Shown here piece after piece: positions 46,349 through 55,112 of a stretch of 64,000 nucleotides of DNA. Source of the stretch: an uncultured Gemmatimonadales bacterium (GTDB lineage Bacteria > Gemmatimonadota > Gemmatimonadetes > Longimicrobiales > RSA9); the NCBI GenBank assembly GCA_963786235.1, contig CAWAYJ010000017.1, positions 245,855 to 309,854 on the forward strand. The letters are read 5' to 3'. The notes below the pieces were generated by a model. That model did no database searches and was not told the DNA's origin. It worked only from the letters and a program-made list of their open reading frames with translations. The number at the start of each line of letters is the position of its first letter. Position 1 is the first letter of the stretch. The translations under genes and the position numbers were made by a program.

Positions 46349-47344
46349 GTGAGAGGGTCGAGCGCACCGGTGCACGCGCGGCCCCCCGCGCGAGGCCTCC
46401 GTGCGCGTCTGGCGCGCGGAGGCCGGCGCGATCACGGACACACGGCGGATCGCGTCTACGATTCCATCCTCCTCGTTCTCGGCCTCGCCCTGCCCGTCCT
46501 GTTCGCGTTCATCCTCTACCGGGTGGGTGTGTCGGCGTGGCCGGCGATGCGGGCGTTCGGCGCGGCGTTCCTCACCCGCTCCGACTGGGACCCGGTGGCG
46601 GGCAAGTTCGGTGCGCTGCCGTTCATCTTCGGCACCGTCGTGTCCTCGATCATCGCCGTGGCCGTGGCGTTCCCGTTCGCGCTCGGGCTCGCCCTTTTCC
46701 TCACCGAGCTCGCCCCGCGCTGGCTGGCGCGGCCGGTGGCGTTCGCCACCGACCTGCTCGCGGCGATCCCAAGCGTGGTCTACGGGCTCTGGGGCATCTT
46801 CGTGCTCGTGCCGTGGCTGCGGAACCGTATCGAGCAGCCTCTCGCCAGCGCGTTCGGCGACTCGATCCCTTTCCTGGCGGGGCCCGTGTATGGCGTCAGC
46901 ATCTTCGCCGCGGGGGTCATTCTCGCGATCATGATCGTGCCCTTCATCTCCGCGGTCTCGCGCGAGGTGATCGCCGCGGTGCCCCGCGACCAGCGGGAGG
47001 CGGCATTGGCACTCGGGGCCACGCGCTGGGAGACGGTGCGCGGCGCCGTGGTGCCGGCCGCGCTGCCCGGGATCTTCGGCGCCGTGATGCTCGGACTCGG
47101 CCGGGCGCTGGGCGAGACCATGGCCGTGACCATGGTGATCGGGAACCGGCCGGAGGTGCCGTCGTCGATCTTCCACCCGGGCTATACCATGGCGAGCGTG
47201 CTCGCCAACGAGTTCACCGAAGCCTCGAGCGATCTCTACCTGTCCGCGCTCATGGAGATCGGCCTCGTGCTGCTCGGCGTCACCATCGTCGTGAACGCCA
47301 TCGCCCGGTTCATGATCTGGCGCATCGCGCGGAGGCGCGCATGA
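46349..47344 (+). CDS. pstC: Phosphate ABC transporter permease PstC
   Basis: FGALPFIFGTVVSSIIAVAVAFPFALGLALFLTEL and EAALALGATRWETV (EAA loop). The GTG start was chosen after the pstS stop. Confidence 0.85.
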   Translation: MRGSSAPVHARPPARGLRARLARGGRRDHGHTADRVYDSILLVLGLALPVLFAFILYRVGVSAWPAMRAFGAAFLTRSDWDPVAGKFGALPFIFGTVVSSIIAVAVAFPFALGLALFLTELAPRWLARPVAFATDLLAAIPSVVYGLWGIFVLVPWLRNRIEQPLASAFGDSIPFLAGPVYGVSIFAAGVILAIMIVPFISAVSREVIAAVPRDQREAALALGATRWETVRGAVVPAALPGIFGAVMLGLGRALGETMAVTMVIGNRPEVPSSIFHPGYTMASVLANEFTEASSDLYLSALMEIGLVLLGVTIVVNAIARFMIWRIARRRA

Positions 47345-48240
47345 GCCCCCGGCCCGAAACGCCGGCTGCCCGGCCGCCTGCGCCCGACTCGGCGTGGAAG
47401 AACGCCGCGTCGTGGCGCGCCCGGCGTCGCCGCGCGGTGAACGTCGTCATGCTCACGCTGACCGGCGTGGCGGCCGCGGCCACCATCGTCCCTCTCGTGC
47501 TGATCCTCTGGCACCTGTTGTCCGCCGGCATCAGCTCGCTCGGCATCAACTTCTTCACCCGCATGCCCGCGCCTCCCGGCCAGGAGGGCGGCGGCATGGC
47601 CAACGGGCTGGTCGGCACGGTGCTCATCGTCACCATGGCCGCCGTCATCGGCATCCCGATCGCCATCGGCGCCGGCGTCTACCTGTCCGAGAACGACGAG
47701 AGCCGCCTGGCCACGATCGTCCGCTTCGTCGCCGACGTGATGAACGGGATCCCGTCCATCGTGGTGGGGATCTTCGTGTGGGCGTGGATCGTCGTCGCGA
47801 TCGGGCACTTCTCGGCGTTCGCCGGAAGCGTCGCGCTCGCCATCATGCTGATCCCGATGGTCACGCGCACCACCGAGGAGATGGTGCGCCTCGTGCCCCG
47901 CGAGCTCCGCGAGGGGAGCGTCGCGCTGGGCGCCAGCCGGTGGCGCACGACCCTGAGCGTGGTCATCCCCGCCGCCCGCAGCGGCATCGTCACCGGAATC
48001 CTGGTCGCGCTCGCGCGCATCGCCGGTGAGACCGCGCCCCTTCTCTTCACCACCCTCGGCAACAACTTCTGGACGTTGAACCCCGGCCATCCGATGGCCG
48101 CGCTCCCGCTCCAGATCTTCAGCTACGCGATTTCCCCGTACGACGACTGGCACCGCCAGGCCTGGGCCGCGGCCCTGGTCCTCATCGCCGTCGTCCTGCT
48201 CACCAGCATCGCCGCCCGGATCGCGGTGCGCGAGCGGTAG
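47341..48240 (+). CDS. pstA: Phosphate ABC transporter permease PstA
   Basis: The start overlaps the pstC stop (ATGA). GGMANGLVGTVLIV and EGSVALGASRWRTTLSVVIPAA (EAA loop). Confidence 0.9.
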   Translation: MSPRPETPAARPPAPDSAWKNAASWRARRRRAVNVVMLTLTGVAAAATIVPLVLILWHLLSAGISSLGINFFTRMPAPPGQEGGGMANGLVGTVLIVTMAAVIGIPIAIGAGVYLSENDESRLATIVRFVADVMNGIPSIVVGIFVWAWIVVAIGHFSAFAGSVALAIMLIPMVTRTTEEMVRLVPRELREGSVALGASRWRTTLSVVIPAARSGIVTGILVALARIAGETAPLLFTTLGNNFWTLNPGHPMAALPLQIFSYAISPYDDWHRQAWAAALVLIAVVLLTSIAARIAVRER

Positions 48241-48374
48241 CGCAAACCACACGGGGTGCGGGCGCCTCCGGCCGGGCCGTGCCATACGGTTCGCGGGCAC
48301 GTTCCCCCGCGGGCGAGTTGTTGAGCGCGATCATCGCGTCAGGGATGCGTCCGGCGCCTGAGAATTGTTTCAAG

Positions 48375-48427
48375 ACAACGATTTCCGCTCCGGCCAGTAA
48401 CTCCGGAAACGGCCTCCGGAGCCGCAG
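48375..48427 (+). repeat. Intergenic repeat related to 35818..35870, containing the hairpin cggc-CTCCGGA-gccg
   Basis: caacgatttccgctccggccagtaactccggaaacggcctccggagccgcag versus caacgaattacgctccgacccgcagctcctgaagcggcctccggagccgaag. It lies between convergent gene ends. Confidence 0.4.
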
Positions 48428-48449
48428 GTCACACATCGCCCGGCCGGGG

Positions 48450-49004
48450 TCAGGCGGCCATCTGCGCGAGACGGTCGTTCACGATGCGGAACCGTTGCCG
48501 CATGTCCTCGCCGACGCCGTCGAGGCGTCCACTGAGCGCGAGCGTGCCGGCCTCCAGAGCCTCGATGCGCGTGTTCATCTCTTCGACCTGGCCCGCGACC
48601 GCACCCACGCGCGCCTCGAGGACGTCGATCCGCTCCGCGAGTATCGCCACCTGATCGCGCACATCGCGGACGGCGGCCATTACCCGGTTCTCGAAGTGCT
48701 CGACCCGCAACGCAAGCGTCGAGAAGCGCTCGTCCATCGTGGCGATCCGATCCTCGATGGCTTCGAGTCGGGCCTCGATGGCATCAAACCGGGCCTCGAT
48801 GGCATCAAACCGGGCCTCAACCCCGGCCTCGAACCGATCCAGCCGAGACTCGAGCACCGCCAGTTGCTGATGGGTTCGCATTCCCGTGGCCTCGATGTGC
48901 CCGACGATCCTCTCGAGCATGCGGTCGAGGTCCGCCCTGGTCGCGAATTCCATGCTGGAACCATACCGGCGCATCCGGGGCCTCGCCATGGCGGTCTGGG
49001 TCAC
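48450..49004 (-). CDS. Coiled-coil hypothetical protein with heptad repeats
   Basis: 184 aa, highly helical, with repeats such as RFDAIEARFDAIEARLEAIEDRI. It contains an exact 21-bp tandem duplication at 48770..48811. Confidence 0.5.
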   Translation of the reverse strand: MTQTAMARPRMRRYGSSMEFATRADLDRMLERIVGHIEATGMRTHQQLAVLESRLDRFEAGVEARFDAIEARFDAIEARLEAIEDRIATMDERFSTLALRVEHFENRVMAAVRDVRDQVAILAERIDVLEARVGAVAGQVEEMNTRIEALEAGTLALSGRLDGVGEDMRQRFRIVNDRLAQMAA

Positions 49005-49146
49005 CGAAGGGCGGGTCGACCGCGCCCCCGCTGCCGGATCCGCGAGGGATCACGCGCGGGAAGCGGGTAACCATGGACAACGTGGCGCCACCGGCCCATC
49101 CCGGAGGGGACAGGAGAAAACGGTCGCCGGCGGTCGTTGGTGGCGA

Positions 49147-49830
49147 CTATCGCGTTGGGGATAGGGATGGCGCCTCAAATAGATACGTGATCTCAAATCG
49201 TTGCTGTTTCTGCCCTTCCACGAGCGTGGTGTGGACCTCGATGCCCTCCAGTAGGGCCCCTACGATCTCCATGCGCGTCTCATCGTCCAGGTCGAGGTCC
49301 CGGTAGCCTGCGAGCAGCCCCGCGACCGTAGCGCCACGGGAGGCGGCTTCCTGGGCATTCACGAGTCGAGTGTCCAGTTCCTCGAGCTGGTCTTGGATCG
49401 CGGTGGTCTCCTTGGCGACCTCGGCGAGCTCCCGATCGGCCTCTTCCTCGCTCAGCACGCCGCGGCGGAGGCCGGCGACCACGCGGGCCCGTTCGGCTTT
49501 CTTCGCCTCCAGCGCGCCGTCGAGTTTCTTCCTCTCGTCCGCGAGTTGCTCGGCCGTGTCATCGGTCTCCGTGAAGTAGGCCTCGACCTCTTCGGCTAGC
49601 GCCCCGGGGTTCTGGAGCATGGCGTCGATGTCGGCCCAGACCAATTCCTCGAGCCACTCGGCGCGGATAGCTTTGTGCACGCACTCGCCCGTATGGCCGC
49701 GACGCCAACGGTCACGACTGATGTTGTAATACTGACGGCGGATACCTCCGGTGTCGTCAAATGCCTGCCCCACGTACACCGTAGCACAAGCGGCGCAGCG
49801 CACCTTGCCGCGGAGGAGGTTGAGCCGCTT
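49147..49830 (-). pseudogene. Large serine recombinase, C-terminal fragment (zinc-ribbon and coiled-coil region); the resolvase catalytic domain is absent
   Basis: The last 227 aa of track ORF 49147..50661: LLRGKVRCAACATVYVGQ...GECVHKAIRAEWLEELVW... followed by a long coiled coil. The upstream part of the ORF is Arg-rich, not recombinase-like, and overlaps 50391..51554. Confidence 0.7.
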
Positions 49831-50390
49831 GGCGGCCGCAGCGCGAGGACTGGACGCGCGGCTTTCAGGACGGCCTCGAAGGCAACGACTTCGATCCCTG
49901 ATCGCTTGGACCCATAATGCCCGTGCTGGCCCGACGTTCCTATTGACACTTCGGATTGTGCGGGCACATCTTGCTGTCGCTGCTGGTGTTGTCTCCCCAG
50001 GACCCCAGTCTCCAGAGTGTCTGCCCACTGCAAGCAGACGCACGCCAAGTTCCCTGCAACGGGCTTCTGCATAGAGCAGGAGCCAGCAAACCGGTAGCTG
50101 AGTCATGGAGGCATTCTCACAACCGACCCTGCCTGACCACACTGCCCGGGATGCGCCCTGGCAGAGCGCTGTCCACGTGCGCGAGCGTCCGGCGGTGTGC
50201 GCACGTCGTTGTGTGGCGCGAATATTCCCCAACACGACCAAGCCCCGGCGACAACGCCTGAACCCGGCCCGGCCAAAGCACCTTCGGAGGTGCGCGGCAC
50301 GCGCCCGGCAACCGACCGATGGGGGGACCGATGTCCAGCGGAACGATGAGACCAATGAGCGCCGCCTGCGTGGCAGGACGCTACAACTTG

Positions 50391-51554
50391 ATGAGGCCGC
50401 GTGGATCACTTGAATCAGCGCGTCTGCTCGCCAGGATCCTCTTCTTGATACCTGTCGCGGCAGTTGCTGCGTGCATAGGACGCGAAGGCGACGCAGCTCC
50501 CGGCGAGATCCGAGAGGACCTATGTGCCACGTGCAAGATCGTACTCGACGACGCGGTCCACATCGGGTCGTCAAACGGTTGGGCGGTGCTCTCACAATTC
50601 GCGTACTTCGGGATCGATGAACGCGGGTGGGTGGTTGTAGCGGACCCAATGTCCTATCCAAACCAAGTACTTTTCCTGAGTTCCGCTTCTGATACGATCC
50701 CTACGCCTATCGGTCGGGAAGGGGCTGGCCCTGGCAAACTGCTGCGCATCACGGGGTTATGGACAAGCGATCAGGGTGTCCACGTGTTCGACGGCGGCAC
50801 TGGTCGAGAGACGGTGTTTGACACAGCGGGTCAGTTTCTGAGTACCTATGTGTACAGGTTCGGGCCGATCGGCCGTCTCGGTTCGCGGATTCCCCTGGAC
50901 GGGAACCGTTTGCTGATCAACGCTACTATACGAACACCCGACAACGCGGGCTATCCTCTTCATATTCTCGACTCCGAAAGAAGAATAGAACGTTCCTTCG
51001 GAGCGGACACCGCACTCCTCCTACCCGGGTTCGTGGATTTCAATGCGCGTGCCTTGGCATGGTCCAGCGACAGTGTGCTCTGGGTTGCGAGATTCAACGA
51101 ATATCGTATCGAGAAGTGGACGTTGAGGGGGGAACACGTCCTCACTCTCATCAGACATCCAGACTGGTTCGAGCCTTGGTGGACAGTAGAAACAACGGAC
51201 TACATGGTTGCGGCGCCTCCACCGTCATTGGCATGGATTCATGAAGACAAGGAACGTCACCTACTGTGGTTGATGTTCTGGCTCGCGGATTCGGACTACC
51301 ATCCGGTGAAGAAAGCGACCGATCCGCAATCACGGATCAACAAAGTGGAGATGAACCGTTTCTTCGATACGATGGTCGAGGTGGTCGACTTGGTGACCCG
51401 CACGGTAGTTGCGCAACGACGCTTCGGTCCGCTCTTCGGGGTCGCCGGGGATGCGTTGATCTACGAGCAGTCTGAGGCCAATGATGGGTCAGCTCGCTTC
51501 GTTGGCTACACATTTCGACTTGCTGGTTATGAGGAGGGGCAACGGCAGGAATGA
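50391..51554 (+). CDS. NHL-like 6-bladed beta-propeller lipoprotein (paralog 6)
   Basis: Lipobox AAVAAC, the motif GREGAGPGKL, and the C-terminal ..ARFVGYTFRLAGY. Confidence 0.75.
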   Translation: MRPRGSLESARLLARILFLIPVAAVAACIGREGDAAPGEIREDLCATCKIVLDDAVHIGSSNGWAVLSQFAYFGIDERGWVVVADPMSYPNQVLFLSSASDTIPTPIGREGAGPGKLLRITGLWTSDQGVHVFDGGTGRETVFDTAGQFLSTYVYRFGPIGRLGSRIPLDGNRLLINATIRTPDNAGYPLHILDSERRIERSFGADTALLLPGFVDFNARALAWSSDSVLWVARFNEYRIEKWTLRGEHVLTLIRHPDWFEPWWTVETTDYMVAAPPPSLAWIHEDKERHLLWLMFWLADSDYHPVKKATDPQSRINKVEMNRFFDTMVEVVDLVTRTVVAQRRFGPLFGVAGDALIYEQSEANDGSARFVGYTFRLAGYEEGQRQE

Positions 51555-51605
51555 GAGCGCATTGTGGTGGCGACGTTCATTAGACCGCATCAAAGGAGGC
51601 CAAAA

Positions 51606-51770
51606 ATGAAAGGCGTTTGGGCCGTTACCGCGATCGGTGCATTGGCGATTCTGGGTGTCGGTGCACTGGTCGTGTCGCCCAAGGAGGCGGATGCAAGCGT
51701 TTTGACGTGGACTCTGGAGCAAAGTTCGTGCCATTCTCAGTTGCGAATCGTGCGTGTTCCATTGCAGTAG
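51606..51770 (+). CDS. Small signal-peptide ORF, 54 aa
   Basis: MKGVWAVTAIGALAILGVGALVVSPKEADASVLTWTLEQSSCHSQLRIVRVPLQ. An AAAGGAGG SD lies upstream. The position (just after a propeller gene) and N-terminus resemble 22053 and 34793, but the tail has only one Cys. Confidence 0.4.
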   Translation: MKGVWAVTAIGALAILGVGALVVSPKEADASVLTWTLEQSSCHSQLRIVRVPLQ

Positions 51771-51863
51771 GCTTCATCAACCTACCCATCAGCCCAGCGG
51801 AGCGCCATCCTCAATCACGGGGACTTATGCAGAGCTTCCTTAGCGGGCTCCGGCAACGGCCGC

Positions 51864-52307
51864 ATGGCCAGGATTCGCGATTCTCTGCTGGTGCTTCTTC
51901 GGGCCGACCCGCCGTTTCGGACCGTGAAAGAGTGGTGCAGGGCCGTGTCGTGCTCGGTATCGACGATGGAGAAGTGGTTCTCAAGCGCGTTCGCTTCAGG
52001 GATTACGCCGCAGTTCGTCCAGGAAGCCGTGCGCTTGTACAGGGCCCTCGACGCGTTTCCGCAAGCCCGCTCGTGGACGAAGCTCGGGTGGCATGCATCG
52101 ACATGGTACGAGAACGGGCAACTCAGCCCGGAGACACTATCCGACATGGCGGCCCGGCTGCTCGGGAGGATCCGGGTACCCGATGAGATCCGGAGAAGCC
52201 GTGGCTCATCCGATCGCTGCGGCAGGTGGGACCCTCCACTCGTCGAGAAACCCGCGGACATCGATCGACGCGTGTTGTTCGACGGGCTCGTGCTGCTGCT
52301 CCGGTGA
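51864..52307 (+). CDS. AraC-like HTH half of the receiver-like regulator family; N-terminally truncated paralog, possibly a pseudogene
   Basis: FRTVKEWCRAVSCSVSTMEKWFSSAFASGITPQFVQEAVRLYRAL aligns with the C-terminal half of 28862..29695. No receiver-like part precedes it. Confidence 0.5.
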   Translation: MARIRDSLLVLLRADPPFRTVKEWCRAVSCSVSTMEKWFSSAFASGITPQFVQEAVRLYRALDAFPQARSWTKLGWHASTWYENGQLSPETLSDMAARLLGRIRVPDEIRRSRGSSDRCGRWDPPLVEKPADIDRRVLFDGLVLLLR

Positions 52308-52666
52308 GATGACACCGAGCCACGTCGGAGCCGATCGAATGGGAGTGGATTTGATTTCGGCGTTTGCCGGCGATTCTTCCGCGTTTCCCGGTTGGAGCCG
52401 GGGCGCGACCGGGCGTATCTTTGAATCAGTCGGCGGATCGGGACGACATCGATTGATCCGTCGCAGCTGCCGTCGAACCGCATGTTGTGGCGAGAGTTCG
52501 GGAGTTGCCTGACGGTGGCGAGAAGGCGGAGGAGCCCCAAGAATGCACAGGGGGGTAGGTGCCAGTAGGGGGACGTTCCTTTCCGAGGAGTCCGCTGCCA
52601 GCATCGTGTTGGAACCACAACCGGGAACGCAGACGTTCATTGGCGCAACTCAACCTAGAGGCGTGC

Positions 52667-53761
52667 ATGGCAAAATGTGCGGTCGGGGTGGGACGACACA
52701 GAAGCCCGCCAGGGCAATGGCGTGTATTCGCCGTGCTCACAGTGTTTGCTTCCGCGTGCGGTACCGACACTGGCGGAGTCCGAACGACGCGACTCGCATT
52801 CCAATCCGAGGCCCGAGGTGACACAACGGACATGCAGATGCCGTTCAAGGCGGAATCGGGCGCCGATGGCCAAGCGTACGTGAGTACGGGGACGCTGTCG
52901 GGGTTGGTGATGGTCTTCGACTCTCTTGGCCACCTCGTGGGGACGGTCGGTGGCCGGGGTCCTGGCCCCGGCGAGTTCAGGCAGCCTACGTTCGTTGTCA
53001 GCAAGGCTGATTCGGTGATGGTCGGAGATCTCGACGGAGACATATCGTTGTTCGATTCCACTGGTCGATTCATTCGAATGCTACAATGCAAAGTGGTCGG
53101 CAACCCTGATGTCTTGCTACTGCGAGGAGACACAATGGTGGTGGCAACGCATATTCCAACGCCGCAGCGCTTTGGTCTGCCGCTGCATGTTGTGGCGCCT
53201 GACTGCACTATTGTGCGCTCGTTCGGCAGTGAGGATCGCACGGTGGATCCGAAGTTCAGCAAGGCGTTGCTAAGGCCGCTTGCGCAAGAGAACGACACGT
53301 CGTTCTGGGTTGCCAGACCCGATCGATATGTTCTGGAGCTATGGTCTATCACGGGCAGGAAGTTGAAGGAACTCGCCATCGAGCGAGAGTGGTACGAGCC
53401 GATGACGATGGATGGCAGAGGCTATGGTGTGGATCGTCCTGGCAGCATCGTGATGAGCTTGCACAGGACAAGGGCCGGGTACCTGACAGTTCTTCTACAA
53501 CGGGCACGTTCCGATTGGAAACAACGAGACATGCACAATGCAAGTGCGGAGAAACGCTATTTCGCCCTTGCGGACTGGCTGGAATACGTAGAGCAGATTG
53601 TAGAGGTGGTCGATACGGCGTCTGGGAAGCTGGTCGGGAGCACGAGCAACACTACTGGGGACTACCTGCTGCGCTTCCTAAGCGACGGACGGCTCTTTGG
53701 AACTCGCGCGAAGGAAGATGGGTTGCAGGTTCCGGTGTTTTGGCGCGTTGCGGTTAACTGA
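52667..53761 (+). CDS. NHL-like 6-bladed beta-propeller lipoprotein (paralog 7)
   Basis: Lipobox VFASAC, the motif GGRGPGPGEFRQP, and the C-terminal ..LQVPVFWRVAVN. Confidence 0.75.
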   Translation: MAKCAVGVGRHRSPPGQWRVFAVLTVFASACGTDTGGVRTTRLAFQSEARGDTTDMQMPFKAESGADGQAYVSTGTLSGLVMVFDSLGHLVGTVGGRGPGPGEFRQPTFVVSKADSVMVGDLDGDISLFDSTGRFIRMLQCKVVGNPDVLLLRGDTMVVATHIPTPQRFGLPLHVVAPDCTIVRSFGSEDRTVDPKFSKALLRPLAQENDTSFWVARPDRYVLELWSITGRKLKELAIEREWYEPMTMDGRGYGVDRPGSIVMSLHRTRAGYLTVLLQRARSDWKQRDMHNASAEKRYFALADWLEYVEQIVEVVDTASGKLVGSTSNTTGDYLLRFLSDGRLFGTRAKEDGLQVPVFWRVAVN

Positions 53762-53783
53762 CAATCAAACGGGTGAGGTTGTG

Positions 53784-54320
53784 ATGCGTACTGGAATGTA
53801 TCTCTGTGGAGTGACGGCGATGCTTATATGCTGTCTGCCGGTCGACGCAGCCGCACAGGAGCGCGGTAAGGTGAAGCCGGACGCTGTTGCAGTGTGTGAG
53901 TACGGTACGCAGGAGGGCGCCTGTTGCGCTTGCATTAACGGTGGCATGGTTGACCTGCACAACTTCCATGGTACCGAGCAATGCACATATGGATCGAGCT
54001 GTGCCTCGTGCGAAGGCAGTTCATGCCCTAAGGGTGATTGTCACTACGCAAGTGATGCGGAGGGGTCGTGCGAGACGTGGCACGACGCATGTGCGTCCGG
54101 ATTCGCATCGGCCGTTGGGGCGGCTGTCCGTGCTGGTTCAGCCGCGGTGTACGCGGTTGCGCGTGAGCACCCGGAGTTCGTACGAGTGGTAGATTCCGCG
54201 TACGTGATCCTGATGGACTGTACGGGACGCTACGTTGTGGAAGCGAGGCGCCTGCCGAAAGTGGACGTTGCACAGACCGTTGAGGATAACAAGGTTACCG
54301 TGGTTGCTGCCAAGTACTGA
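53784..54320 (+). CDS. Secreted Cys/His-rich protein, family member C
   Basis: Signal ...CCLPVDAAAQ. Motifs: CCAC, HNFHGTEQC, CASC. The C-terminal domain has VILMDCTGRYVVEARRL. Confidence 0.6.
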   Translation: MRTGMYLCGVTAMLICCLPVDAAAQERGKVKPDAVAVCEYGTQEGACCACINGGMVDLHNFHGTEQCTYGSSCASCEGSSCPKGDCHYASDAEGSCETWHDACASGFASAVGAAVRAGSAAVYAVAREHPEFVRVVDSAYVILMDCTGRYVVEARRLPKVDVAQTVEDNKVTVVAAKY

Positions 54321-54513
54321 ACATTCGCGCTTACGTTAGCAGCACTGACGCTTGCGATATTCTCATGGATCGGAACGGCCGGCAGGTTGCGCGAAGGAAC
54401 GTGGCTTGGAGGCTCGCGAATGTGTTGGCGGGTTGCGGTTAAGCTAAGCGCCGTCGCCGGCCGGTTTCGCCCCGTGTGGCACACTCCAACTACCCAGATG
54501 AGGAGGCGAACGA

Positions 54514-54996
54514 ATGAAAGCCCTGCAACGCAGTATCGCCACCATGCTCGTCATCGGAGCGTTCATTCCACTGGAAGGGTCTACTCGCAAAGCCGGGAGC
54601 GGGAATGATTATCTCTCCCTCCCAATTACTGACGGCGATTGTGAACTGCTCTGCATGGAATGCTCCGTGGGTCACAGCATGGACACACAAGTCGACCCGG
54701 ACCACGCGAACCACGGCGGCGCGCACGGGTGTTTGGGACCTTACCCTTGCAGGATCGTGGATCATCCCCCGTGTTCCCAGTCTTTCGCATCGTTGGACCT
54801 CCACACTAGGAATGAGCTTTGGAGCGTCCTCATTGGCTCGGACGCAATGGCTATCCGTAGCACGTTGGCGGCGCACCCTGATTACATGTGGCTAAATGTC
54901 AAACGCCAAAGCATCCAAATCGCCGGCTGTGCGCCCGGTACCGTTGCCTACAACATTCCGGTAGATTCATACTTGCTCGGCATGATCGCGGAGTGA
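54514..54996 (+). CDS. Secreted Cys/His-rich protein, family member D
   Basis: A GAGGAGG SD lies upstream and the N-terminus is signal-like. Motifs: CMEC, HANHGGAHGC. The C-terminal domain has IQIAGCAPGTVAYNIPVD. Confidence 0.6.
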   Translation: MKALQRSIATMLVIGAFIPLEGSTRKAGSGNDYLSLPITDGDCELLCMECSVGHSMDTQVDPDHANHGGAHGCLGPYPCRIVDHPPCSQSFASLDLHTRNELWSVLIGSDAMAIRSTLAAHPDYMWLNVKRQSIQIAGCAPGTVAYNIPVDSYLLGMIAE

Positions 54997-55112
54997 CTTG
55001 CCCGGAGCCATTCTGAATCCTGGATCAATCGGGACGACCTCGTCGGTTGCCGTCGTGGAGGCGGTGAGGTGCCACAGTGACATAGACGTTGAACTACGGA
55101 AGGGAGTTTACG

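Noticed and set aside
44682-46367. 561-aa minus-strand ORF opposite the ADOP permease 3' end and pstS
   Set aside because: It spans two unrelated plus-strand genes and their intergenic region, with an Arg-rich, low-complexity translation.
48279-49070. Plus-strand 263-aa ORF after pstA, considered as a possible pstB
   Set aside because: It has no Walker A/B or ABC signature and lies antisense to a convincing heptad-repeat coiled-coil ORF.
49831-50661. Upstream 277 codons of track ORF 49147..50661, considered as a possible resolvase catalytic domain
   Set aside because: The sequence is Arg/Cys-rich with no serine-recombinase N-terminal motifs, and it overlaps the start of propeller gene 50391..51554. 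I treat only the C-terminal 227 aa as recombinase-derived.
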